Source: a virus
Reading direction: 5' to 3' (one strand)
Virus record (IMG/VR): IMGVR_UViG_3300017957_000012
Coordinates: 8,360-72,359 of that record
Length of the DNA: 64,000 nucleotides
This document shows positions 49,501 to 60,400 of this stretch, piece by piece. The notes under the pieces are model-generated. The model saw only the letters and a list, made by a program, of their open reading frames with translations. It made no database searches and was not told where the DNA came from. Positions within the stretch are counted from its first letter, which is position 1, and each line of letters starts with the position of its first letter. Position numbers and translations under genes: made by a program.

Positions 49501-52137
49501 AGCGTAAGCTTTTCTACCTGTTCTCGAAGCTTGTCTTTGCGAGAGGGCAGGGAAACCCGGGATAAGAACTTCACCAATTTCAAGCTGATCTGGACTCAGC
49601 GATGGTGGTGCTGCGTTTTTCTCTTCTTTACCTTTTACAAGGGAAATTACACCATAAGAGTCTACAACGACAGAATCAATACGCTGCAAATAATAAGTCA
49701 GCGTAGCTGATGCAGTGGCGTTGTGAGCAGGAATCAATGGTATAGGTTTATTCGTAAACGAAAGAAGCCTAGACTTAAGATTTAAAAGTGGAACGCCAGG
49801 ATTACCCGAAGTAGTGTTACTATAACTTACACCAATATCGTTATCAATGTGTGGCCTAAAGTCAAAGCAATCTCTCAAATTGTAATTGATTCCAGACGCC
49901 GATCTATAAACGGGAATATCGTAAGGATCGAGATCATTAGGATAGCTATTAACCGTAAAGAAGTATTGCCCAGTTTGAGGCAATTCAACTTGGAAACACT
50001 TGAACTCAACGAGGAGTGTTGTTCCATTCGATACGATATCACGACCGGGGATATATTCTACATAAGAATGATCGTAGAAAGTATCTTTTTGGTTGTAATT
50101 TAATCTAAAGCTCTTAGTGTAATCTTTTGGATTTCCATTTACCAACTCAGCTGGGTTAGTAATTGCAACAAGTTCAAAAGCATCTGGCACGCCAAGAGTA
50201 TAATCAACCACGTTGTCAGTGTAAGTGATCTGAACAAAAAGAGTTTTGACTGTTTTATCGTAAGCAAGCGCACCATCAGAGGTTGTTCCTACTTCTCTTT
50301 TATTATAATATACCGTAGCGTTAGCAGCCGATCCGTCAGCCGGCTCGAGGTTAATTGTTAGTGTGCTTCCATTCGCGCCCGTTGAATAGCTCGCAACACG
50401 AATGTGTGTATTAGTTGAGTCGACGACAACAATATCATCGTTTTGAACGTTGTAATCTTCACCAGGATTTGCATTAATCGTAAATGTATTATTAGTAATA
50501 CCCGTAACATTCTCGCGAACCCTTACTGGGATTGCAAGATTTTCTGCAGAGAATAAGCTTCTTTGACCGGTTGGAAATACAAGTGCACCTTGCGCAGATT
50601 TCTGGAAGAACGATCCTTTCTGAGGCGCACCATAACCATTGTGCGACATATCGTGATTTCCTTCAAAGGCGATCGCTTCATTAGCTGTCATGTTTGGAGC
50701 GAGCTCGTGAATCTCATTCGAACCCGCACCAGAAAGTACTTCAATGCTTGAGAAGAAAGCTTTTGTTGGTGTAAGGTTAAATAACATACCTGAACCAACT
50801 TCAGAACCACCATTACTCGTTGGACCGTCAGCATCTCGTAAAGTTTCTGGTGTATAATTGAGTGTAGGCGCGAAAGCAGTCAACCATTGACCATTAGCGG
50901 CTCTTTGAATAGGTAATGAATTACCATAATTAAAAGAAATGTTTTGATTGGTTAATGTTTCTGTTTCTTGAATCTGATCAATGACAAAGGATCTTTCTGC
51001 TGAGTTCTCTACTCTAAATCCTTTAACGTAAGCTACACCTTGACCAACCACGGCATGAACCGACGTATTCGAAGAACCTTCTGGAAACGTTTTGTCTGTC
51101 GTTGAAATCTTAAAATCGTTGAGAATGTAGTTACCTGACTCTTCGTATGTTCTTCGAGCAAGCTCTTCTCCAAGTACATTGTACTGAGATACGTCTCGAA
51201 CTGTAACGGCGTTTCCGTTTTGATATTGAACAAGAGTAAAGAAGTCTGCATCTTCTCGTGCAGCACTTGTAGCTTGCACAACAAGCGTTGGTATAAGCTT
51301 GAGTCTATCTGCACCGGGGGCGTTTTCGTTATTCGACCCGTTTGCATTATCGTATAGACTATTATCTGATAGCGCATCAACGTATGTTTCTTCTACTCTA
51401 AAACCTACGGCTACATTAGTTGGATTATTATCATACTTTGATACAACGAGAACCTGGTCGTCTGCAAAAAGGAAATGACCCTTTTGGAAAATAATACCAG
51501 GCGCTGCTTGAATACCAAAAGATTTACCCGAAGTCGTAGTAACGTTTGTTGTTCTTACTGTACCTACTACACTTGGGTTTTGACCAAGAGGCTCTTGAGT
51601 ACTTACTTTAAAACGATACTCATTAATGGTTAATTCTTCACCTGCCTGGAATACACGATTTGTACCAGACTGATTCAAATAGCTAATATAAAAAGTATTA
51701 AGATCAGGTGCACGTACTTCCACACCTCGGTCTGCGGTAATAATGTTTGCAGTGAGACCTGATACAGATCCAGTAATTTGATAAACGTAATCGATTTCTG
51801 TTAATACACCTTGTACTACTTCTTCTTGTCTTTTCGGTATATAAGCTGTTGGGTCAAATGCTGTTTCTGCCGTTTCTAGTGCCGGAGTCCAAAGATCTTG
51901 AATTCTTACGTATTCTAAGTCGTCAAGCTGAGTAAAGTTACAGCCTTTTACAATCGAACCTTCTTTAAAGATGTTATCACCAAACTGCTCAATCTGACTC
52001 TGCAGCATAGTCTGCATTTGAGTCAGCTCTCTTGCTTGAACGGCGTAACCCGGCTTAAACAGCACTCGGTAATATTGATTTTCTAAATCAAAATCATCAA
52101 AGTATGGTGCTGTATTGAGATTTGTATTAATTGGCAT
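46552..52137 (-). CDS. large baseplate/virion structural protein, VrlC/DUF4815 type
   Basis: NLNTAPYFDDFD...YYRVLFKPGYAVQARELTQMQTMLQSQIEQFGDNIFKEGS start; APGADRLK, RTYEESGNY, RFKNGFIVDPF, DPLAQTF and EDLKF motifs. Confidence 0.85.
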   Translation of the reverse strand: MPINTNLNTAPYFDDFDLENQYYRVLFKPGYAVQARELTQMQTMLQSQIEQFGDNIFKEGSIVKGCNFTQLDDLEYVRIQDLWTPALETAETAFDPTAYIPKRQEEVVQGVLTEIDYVYQITGSVSGLTANIITADRGVEVRAPDLNTFYISYLNQSGTNRVFQAGEELTINEYRFKVSTQEPLGQNPSVVGTVRTTNVTTTSGKSFGIQAAPGIIFQKGHFLFADDQVLVVSKYDNNPTNVAVGFRVEETYVDALSDNSLYDNANGSNNENAPGADRLKLIPTLVVQATSAAREDADFFTLVQYQNGNAVTVRDVSQYNVLGEELARRTYEESGNYILNDFKISTTDKTFPEGSSNTSVHAVVGQGVAYVKGFRVENSAERSFVIDQIQETETLTNQNISFNYGNSLPIQRAANGQWLTAFAPTLNYTPETLRDADGPTSNGGSEVGSGMLFNLTPTKAFFSSIEVLSGAGSNEIHELAPNMTANEAIAFEGNHDMSHNGYGAPQKGSFFQKSAQGALVFPTGQRSLFSAENLAIPVRVRENVTGITNNTFTINANPGEDYNVQNDDIVVVDSTNTHIRVASYSTGANGSTLTINLEPADGSAANATVYYNKREVGTTSDGALAYDKTVKTLFVQITYTDNVVDYTLGVPDAFELVAITNPAELVNGNPKDYTKSFRLNYNQKDTFYDHSYVEYIPGRDIVSNGTTLLVEFKCFQVELPQTGQYFFTVNSYPNDLDPYDIPVYRSASGINYNLRDCFDFRPHIDNDIGVSYSNTTSGNPGVPLLNLKSRLLSFTNKPIPLIPAHNATASATLTYYLQRIDSVVVDSYGVISLVKGKEEKNAAPPSLSPDQLEIGEVLIPGFPALSQRQASRTGRKAYAVHTRSKGVKVYTMKDMHAMSAQIDRMAYYISLNQLEQDTQNMFIPDQDGLDRFKNGFIVDPFNDLSVADVRDPEFKAAVPFNQKILTPAVKTIPLDLKYKSASGASIFPAVSKAKVATLGRDSNVDVISQDYATGFRNCVSNAYSYRGIGELSPPYDAAYDTTVTPAEINIDMTSAFQDFVENLQEFIPLTDVTTERVVEAENNWFGNADGWAPPNMFPFLGDGFMDRFRGGNTLTTRIETTTRSLELNTSNMQQNFQVGEFVRNFNFEPFMAGRDIGIYMTGLRPNARHYFFFDGEDVNAHIIPGTNVNSADDVQRAGQKGDAVSSDSNGVLRAVFALPSETFFVGDRVLEISDIDTYSQIESAGISRGHITYRAYNFSVEKSALGVTTRAPSFDINSSSSFRTVVRRIPAADPLAQTFFIKKGMGQGSNSVYISEVDLFFKRKSDTNGVTVELREVINGYPSGQVIPFGRVHKLATDVNVSDDASLATTFTFEAPVRLDVEAEYAVSIKPDAQDPNYLAYISQIGGTDLTPGPTQGAAVVQDWGDGVLFSSTNNSAWRSYQDEDLKFVLRRHNFATSSGTVTLTNNDHEFFIVDSWNGRFLPGEQIYQEKASTDTVGIPVGSATVTGTALDTKYFDGDFVLIEDSNGNKDIFEVVAVQSATQMLLNKENALPGAGDSCTPVVKGNLCWYDINDPTQMYLEDSSANSNRVFVAGTIYGLDSEKSATVTALQNINLSYFQPMIMKATDSTSTLDVDGTFVPPANLSSTYNMPLSFKDNNHFNFAGAVLYSRSNDPAGAQAFDLNIRMENGSNVTSTPFVDLEVSKLLAYQYKLNDGQQFNNPTSTYISKKIELAVDLDAEDIYVAASGYRPPNSNIRFFIKAQNGFDFTAFADLPWVELELFEGVDMFSSQANIHDYREFGYRIADANKDSQGVYTYQVDTGGVGTDPTFQSFRRFAIKIVLESDTVHNAPTLKDYRAIAVT

Positions 52138-52152
52138 TTTTAATCCGCTTCC

Positions 52153-53808
52153 TTAAAATTCGAGAACGATTTTAAACTCTTCTTTTGCTACAGTATTTTC
52201 CACTAAACCATTCTCGACATTTTCTGACGTTCTATTCAATGGGAAGAAATTTTCCATAAAATAAACTTTGCCAGATCTTTGAATATATGGCGAGACAACA
52301 ACATTATCTGCTGCCGGTGTATTTATTTCAATTATCTGGCCCGTCTCGTTTCTCAATGATCGAGTTAAGTCGAGTGAAGTATCACCGTTTCCAGTATTAG
52401 CGTTATTTTGATAAGGGCCCATATAATGAGCTAAATAAATTTTATCATTTGTTTCATCAATCTCATGCACTCGGCCTGAGAAAGTAACGTCTTGTGTTTC
52501 TGAACTAATTTGCACGACCGTTGTATTAGCAGTCACACGATCGGCGTTTGCTGTAGTAATTTCTATACGATTATCAAAAACTTCTGGTGGGGTCAGTGTA
52601 CTAAACTCTGGATTTTTAACAATGCCAACAGAAGCATAAGTGTTTTCATTTGGAATTACATTGTTGTCATCGGTAGTAATATAAGCGTAAAGACTATAAT
52701 GTCTACATCTAAATTCGTTAATTAAATTATAGCCATGATCACTATCAGGCGTAAGAACTGCTCGTATCGAAGCTCTTACGTCTGTTGTTTCTTGGCTGCT
52801 TGGATCAAAATCATAAGCTGGATCGACAACCTGAGCAGTGACATTATTATATCCATCACCGGGATTTAATACAATAATTGTAGAAATTCTTCCATCGACT
52901 ACAGTAGGAATTGCAACTGCACCAGAGCCATCGCCTTCGATTTTGATTGTAGGGAAAATACTAAACGATGCGTTTTGTTTTACTACTGACGATCCGCCTC
53001 CCTGTGTAACAGGATCAATATTCAATCGTATGTCAGCTAGACCCGTTTGATCATCATAATTATATGCTGTAATTTGATAGAGGAACGTTGAGCTATCTGG
53101 ATTCGTAAAATAAATTGATTGTCCTACGTAATAATCTTCGATAGGATTAAACGTACCATCTGGGAAAACTTCGACGACACTATTAACGATATCTGTATCT
53201 GTTACTCGACCAGTTTCTTCTATGTAACCAAAATTATCTTCGTTGTTCTGAACAATAATATCAGATATTCCTCCACCAGTATTGGCAGAAGGATTAGTAT
53301 CAAAGTCACCTACGATAGGAACAAAACCCTGTGAGTTATATGCATCAAATTCTAATTCACTGATAACATACATGTACTTCCAAATATAGCCATCTGCTGT
53401 TCTATAAATTTGATCGACAGATGACTCGTTAAATGCGGGAGGACTTGTTACTCCAGCACCATAGTTATTAAACAGACACTTATAGACTCGGTAATCTCCA
53501 GTGTCATTGTCGTTTGGTCCAACAACGCAATAGAACCTTTGGCCTTCTAATTCTTCTGAGTCGTCATACTGTACAAACACATCATCTCTTTGCCAAGGAT
53601 AGTACTTGATCATGAAATGTGTGTCTCGTGTTTTAATCTTTTTACCAAAAATTACTTTTTCTAAAAATTCTGTTTTAGAGACCTCAGTGTCGGCAGGTAT
53701 AATTTCATTAATTGAAGACGCAAAAATGTAATAGTCGTTATTCTCGACGTCGTTTGCAAACCGGCGTGTTGCGTCTGCTTTAAATTCTGTGGTTAAAATT
53801 TCTGGCAT
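52153..53808 (-). CDS. gp8: baseplate wedge subunit gp8
   Basis: YRVYKCLFNNYG...TADGYIWKYMY motif; position after gp6/gp7; ends EEFKIVLEF. Confidence 0.85.
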   Translation of the reverse strand: MPEILTTEFKADATRRFANDVENNDYYIFASSINEIIPADTEVSKTEFLEKVIFGKKIKTRDTHFMIKYYPWQRDDVFVQYDDSEELEGQRFYCVVGPNDNDTGDYRVYKCLFNNYGAGVTSPPAFNESSVDQIYRTADGYIWKYMYVISELEFDAYNSQGFVPIVGDFDTNPSANTGGGISDIIVQNNEDNFGYIEETGRVTDTDIVNSVVEVFPDGTFNPIEDYYVGQSIYFTNPDSSTFLYQITAYNYDDQTGLADIRLNIDPVTQGGGSSVVKQNASFSIFPTIKIEGDGSGAVAIPTVVDGRISTIIVLNPGDGYNNVTAQVVDPAYDFDPSSQETTDVRASIRAVLTPDSDHGYNLINEFRCRHYSLYAYITTDDNNVIPNENTYASVGIVKNPEFSTLTPPEVFDNRIEITTANADRVTANTTVVQISSETQDVTFSGRVHEIDETNDKIYLAHYMGPYQNNANTGNGDTSLDLTRSLRNETGQIIEINTPAADNVVVSPYIQRSGKVYFMENFFPLNRTSENVENGLVENTVAKEEFKIVLEF

Positions 53809-53836
53809 GTTTATCTCAACCTAAAACGATATTAAT

Positions 53837-53844
53837 TATTTATT
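53837..53844 (-). promoter_or_regulatory. T4-type late promoter (AATAAATA)
   Basis: Intergenic, upstream of gp8. Confidence 0.6.
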
Positions 53845-53847
53845 AAA

Positions 53848-56241
53848 TTAGCCCGTAAGCTTTTTTCGATATCTTGGATATAGCACTCCGGTGTCTGCTT
53901 CTTTGGGCTTTCCAACCGGTCCACGAACAGTCGTAATATATTTACCATTATTACCTCTGTCGATTGCCCAAGGTAATCCTATATGTAAGTTAGTCGATCC
54001 TTGTAATTGAAGAGTTACGTAATCATCATTGCCCGTTGTTCCGGCCGGATGACTAAAGATACCGGTTTCATTGGTCGATGTCTTTGCTGAATAAAAACCG
54101 TCCGGTTGTGTAAAGCCGCCTTTAATTACGTGGTTTGATACAAAGCCTAAGCTTGCCGTAGGCGCATTACTCCAATCATAGCCGGGATCGTCTTTCATTC
54201 TTGGCCGGCCGTAATTTCTCATTCTTGTTTTTAATTGCGCTATCGTTGGATAAGTGCCTGTTCGAATAAAGAAATCTTCGACAAAGCAAGCACCTACACC
54301 GCAAGCTACTGGTGCTGCATTACTCGTGCCTGAGAAGTATGAATAGTATTCTCCAGAACCATTGTTCATATAACCACCGCCGAAGTATCCATTAAAATCC
54401 GGCGCGCCTGCATAATACATTGCGCCTGGAGCCCATAAATCAATTCCCGGACCTCTACAACTATAAGAATCTGGATATGGATATTTCGTACTAGGTTGTG
54501 CAGCTCCAATCGTAATTCCATTTGTTTGACCTTGGTCATAAGTTCGAAGAGGATAATGAGTTAAAGGACTACTTAACGATGGACCACCACCGAGAGATGA
54601 ACTGCTTCCTGACCAATTAACTTGTGTATAACGACTTCCAGCTTCTTGAACAATATAGTTGTCCCATTCTGGTAAATCTTGGTGACCAAAATTAATCGCT
54701 GAATTCCCGGCACTACGGAACCAGTAAAAGCCATCATAATTAGTAAACGTGTTAATTATGTTATCAAGTGCAGTAAAGCGTGAATTTGTATCTCGTGTCA
54801 TAACAAACCACTTAACCTGATTATCATTCTGATCTTGAGCTGTTCGAAGATTAAAGCCAGCCTCACTGAAAGCAGAAAGGTCATTACCCCATCCACCGCC
54901 GGGACGATTAGTAGTGACAAGTGTTCCGTCACTCGTGTAACGACCTATTTGCGTAACATTATCAACTGGAACTAATCTATCAAAGTAATACCATGCGTAT
55001 CCCCATGCAGCCATTGTCACTGTTGCATTTCTTTTGCCTGTTTCTGGATTGACTGGCTTCGAATTATGCCAGTTCAACACTGCGTTAATCATACCTTCTG
55101 GTGTTACGCCACTACCAAAATAAGCTATTCTAACTTCTGATCCTCTAGCGTATCCAGTAAATAAACCTGCAGAACTTGACGCAACGCCAGCTGAATGATA
55201 TCCAAATAATTCACTGTTGCTCAGCTGATTATTTTCTGGCGTATTCATACTACTGTCGTAATTTGACCAATTCATTTTTACTAGGCGACTACCACTCGGC
55301 TTGACAAATTGTATAGTACCAGTCATTGCTGGATGATTGACACAAGTGTATGTAGCGCTATTCAAACCTCCCTCTTCAAACCAATCTGCATAGAGAGTGA
55401 TTGTACTCGCTGTTCCGTTACCAGCCACACCTTCTCGGTAAGGAGGATTGCCGCTACCAGGAATACCGTATGGAGCTTGTGTTGTAACCTTTATTGGGTG
55501 AAAAGAACCGGCGTTATTTGTTATAATAAGCTTATCACCGTAATTCAGCTGTATAGTCGGATTAGATGCATTAGTAAGAGTACCACCTCTATGCGTACCA
55601 TTCACAATATACGCAGACGTTCCATTCGCAGTAAAAGTCAAATTATACGTCTGAGGATCAAACACCGTCCAATTTTCGTGATTTTCAAAATCAGTATTAT
55701 AACTTGTTTGAACATCGCTATTAGATTCGAGACACACAACATCAACGTATCGACCAATTAATTTGTGCCTATGTGTTGTGTTAAAATCTACGGCTTCTCC
55801 ATCCCAATTAAAGTGGCCGATAGGATAACTAGGGTCTGCACCTCCCGAGGCTTGCAGTCGTTGATCTGGCTGTGCGCCTGTAATATACACATGACTTAAT
55901 GGACTATGAGTGGAGCCATGCGAGGCATTATCAGTTATAGCCGAGGAAGAATTAACGTATGCACCACCGTCGAGGTTAATACTTGCTCTAAAACTGGCGT
56001 ATTTTTGAAATTCAGTAACATTGTACGAAAAGGGTATTGGATCCTCTGATTTTTCTACAGAAACAACGTTAGTGCTTTCTTGTAACGTCGTTGCCTCTTC
56101 TTCTGTAAGGTTGAGTATAACCCAATTGTCGAAGTTATTGAGGTTAGTATTAAGATCCAGATTAGCCGCGTCGCCCGTTTCGAGGAACGCCGCTTCGTCT
56201 GTGCCTGGTACAAGTTCAACTCTGTAGGGTGATTTATCCAT
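53848..56241 (-). CDS. subtilisin-like (S8) serine protease with cupredoxin-like insertion
   Basis: His motif GYHSAGVASSSAG, oxyanion RSAGNS, YSCRGPGIDLWAPG, Ser motif FSGTSNAAPVACG; insert with HP...CVNHPAMTGTI. Confidence 0.8.
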   Translation of the reverse strand: MDKSPYRVELVPGTDEAAFLETGDAANLDLNTNLNNFDNWVILNLTEEEATTLQESTNVVSVEKSEDPIPFSYNVTEFQKYASFRASINLDGGAYVNSSSAITDNASHGSTHSPLSHVYITGAQPDQRLQASGGADPSYPIGHFNWDGEAVDFNTTHRHKLIGRYVDVVCLESNSDVQTSYNTDFENHENWTVFDPQTYNLTFTANGTSAYIVNGTHRGGTLTNASNPTIQLNYGDKLIITNNAGSFHPIKVTTQAPYGIPGSGNPPYREGVAGNGTASTITLYADWFEEGGLNSATYTCVNHPAMTGTIQFVKPSGSRLVKMNWSNYDSSMNTPENNQLSNSELFGYHSAGVASSSAGLFTGYARGSEVRIAYFGSGVTPEGMINAVLNWHNSKPVNPETGKRNATVTMAAWGYAWYYFDRLVPVDNVTQIGRYTSDGTLVTTNRPGGGWGNDLSAFSEAGFNLRTAQDQNDNQVKWFVMTRDTNSRFTALDNIINTFTNYDGFYWFRSAGNSAINFGHQDLPEWDNYIVQEAGSRYTQVNWSGSSSSLGGGPSLSSPLTHYPLRTYDQGQTNGITIGAAQPSTKYPYPDSYSCRGPGIDLWAPGAMYYAGAPDFNGYFGGGYMNNGSGEYYSYFSGTSNAAPVACGVGACFVEDFFIRTGTYPTIAQLKTRMRNYGRPRMKDDPGYDWSNAPTASLGFVSNHVIKGGFTQPDGFYSAKTSTNETGIFSHPAGTTGNDDYVTLQLQGSTNLHIGLPWAIDRGNNGKYITTVRGPVGKPKEADTGVLYPRYRKKLTG

Positions 56242-56242
56242 T

Positions 56243-57466
<1,224 letters not shown>

Positions 57467-57484
57467 CTAAAAATTTAATTTAGA

Positions 57485-57492
57485 TATTTATA
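57485..57492 (-). promoter_or_regulatory. T4 late promoter (TATAAATA, perfect)
   Basis: Exact consensus in the gap between gp7 and the gp9-like gene. Confidence 0.8.
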
Positions 57493-57497
57493 TTGCA

Positions 57498-60400
57498 TTA
57501 GTAATTTGTGTTATAGTTGTCTTCCAAGAACTTGTTCAAGAGATTTTCCATATCAGCCGAAACTGTATGTCCAACCGTGTCTGTTAAGAAAACAACGTCA
57601 TCGTATTCTATGATAACACTTTCTGTACCGTATGTTGTTCCATTTGCTAGTTGTGCCTGAGCCCATCCTTGCTTCTGACCCAATGCATAAGCTGAGTCTG
57701 CAGCACTGAGGAATGTTGTACTAGCTACACCCGCTCCACCTGCATAAGGAACAGTTACATCAAGTGAACCATTCATCTGCAAGATCTTTCTTTGTGGTAT
57801 GACACCTTGTAGTGTATCGTATCCTGCATTTGCATAAGCGCTGCCAGTTAAATTATGATTCGATGGATAATAGAAATTACCGCCTCTATATTGATCAACA
57901 TGAGCTTGTGAAATCAAACAAGCGATTGTATCGACAGCGAGGTCAGATATTTCGACAGAAGCTCTGAGTGCTAATGCACCACCATTTGACACACCGACAA
58001 TTCGAATCTTAGTAGCATCGACATTTCGATAGACTTTCAGTTGATCGACCATATCTCTCAACATCTGAATGTCTGGTCCTTTCGATACTTCATTAGTAAC
58101 ATTCCATGATTGCTCGTAACCATCGATTCCAATGAGTATGTGGCCCGGCAGAGTCGAAGCAAACGATTGTACCATACTATTTGCGCTGCCGCCATTACCA
58201 TGTAATAGGATAGCAACAGGATATGGCTCAACACCAACCGACGGCATTCCTACTTCTACTGTATAATCGTGGAATCCTTGACTCCAGTTTCTTCTCAGCG
58301 TTAATTGTGGACCAGACGTCGTTCCAATTGCCGGCAAGCCGGTGCCAGGTGGCTCGTGGTCTGCCGTAGGAATTGTAGCATCTACATAATAGTTAACAAT
58401 ATCCGCAGTCAAGCCTGTTACTGGTGCTTCATCAAGAGGACTACCAGCTGTAATACTATTCATAAGTCTGAGGAACTTGACTTTAGGTGGTGATCCTGTC
58501 AATGCGGTGTATTGGAAATCACCAAACATTTTTGTACCAGCTAAGTGTACATTTTCTTTTAATAGTCGCTCATATTCGCGCCTACCCAAAGTCGATTTGA
58601 TTTGATAAGAATATTCTTGATAGAAATCACTATCCTGAATCTTCATACCAGAGTCATAGTACTCGTAGCTATTTTGATATTCGTACAAGTTAGGATAGTT
58701 TCTAAACCATACCTGCTGCTTAATGCTTGGAGAAATAACATCATTCCAACGATCGATTGCGTATTGAGGTGTATCACTATTACCTTCGGCAATATCACGA
58801 ATTGTTTGAATGTCGGTATTTGAAATCGATGTAAATGTGCTATTAGCAGATTCGTTGAAATCAAAGAGTAGAACACTATCTGCTGCAGCACTTCCAGCCC
58901 ATAGCCCTATTTCGGGTGGTGCAGTAATAAGTCCATCGTAAACTTCTTGAACATAATCTGCGAGGTCGTCTGTCGGTAAAATAGGTGTTGATAAAGTTTG
59001 CGGAAGCTCTTCGAATCCGTTGAGGTGTGAAGAGAAGTCAGACCAGAATCCACCGGTCTTTCCTTGAGTTTCTGCACTTACTATACCGACCGCGTGAATT
59101 TGTTCGTCGACATCTTCAATCGTACATGATTGGCCTGTTACATATCCAAAGCCAGAGTCGACAACATTGACTTCAGAAATCTTTCCGATAGCAAATTCTG
59201 TTTCTGCGTCAATCACCGCGTTTTCGCCAAGGATCGGCGAATCATAATCTATCGACACGCCGCTCACTGTAACATTACCATTCGCTCGAATAATAGGGCT
59301 TCCAGTAAATCCATAGTAATCAAACGCGACGACTGAAATAAATCCTTTCTGCACGTTGATTGCTTTGACTTCACCTCTGATGCCCGTACCAGCTTCTTCG
59401 ATAATTGATCCGACATCAAAAAGTCCGGCTGAGGAAGGCTCAAGAAAACTAATTAATTGACTCTTTCGCTTAAACGTAGAAAAGATATCATCCTTCGCTA
59501 ACGCAAATACATCAAAGGTGTATTCACTACCTGGATTAATATTTTCGAACTCTTCAATTGAACCGATAGTAAGTGTCTGAATATCAAACGCTTGATTCAA
59601 TGGTGTACTTAAATTAACTGGTGAAGCAGTACCAGAGAATGGTGCATTCACTTCGTAGTCTGGAATATTAAGTACTGTTGCTAAGTGAGGAGCAATTAAG
59701 TCTGTAATAACGTCTACGTTAGTTGGATTACCCAGCGCAAGAATTTTGACGTCGTCTGTCGATCCTGTATCAACATACATATCACCGGGCGAAGTATCAT
59801 TCTTTGGAGAAACAAGTCCAACCCACGACGGGTCAATTATCACATTAGGACTACGATCCACTGTAATAAGTGGAAGTCTATTAATACTAAATTCACCATG
59901 AATTCCTGAATAAACTTGTACACCTAAAACGTTATCGGATTGTCCTACTACTCGTGCTTTGTTTCCAGCAAAATCCCTTATTCTTTCATAAGGCTCAAAT
60001 GTAAGATCTTCTCTATTTTCTTCAAATTCTACTTGTTTAAAAAGAACTGATTGGTTAGATACGACGAGACGAGTATTATCGATAGTGTATCCATAGCCAC
60101 CATCTTCGATTGTGTAATTAATTTCTCCGGAAATATCGTCAGACACCTTTGTGACTACGACTTCACCACCTCGACCGGTAGATGTTTTAACTTTATAAAT
60201 GTCACCTACTTTATGTCCGGTTGTTGCAGCCTGATCTCCGTCGTCGATAGCAACAGAATCAAGTGAACCTGCAATCCGACCAAAAGAAACAACTTCACCA
60301 TCAATATTCGTAATGATATCGTCAAACTTTTGGAACGTGCCTAAGACTTCATCGAGATAAATGATTGGCGTAAGGATATTATTAAGAATGACAAAGTTAA

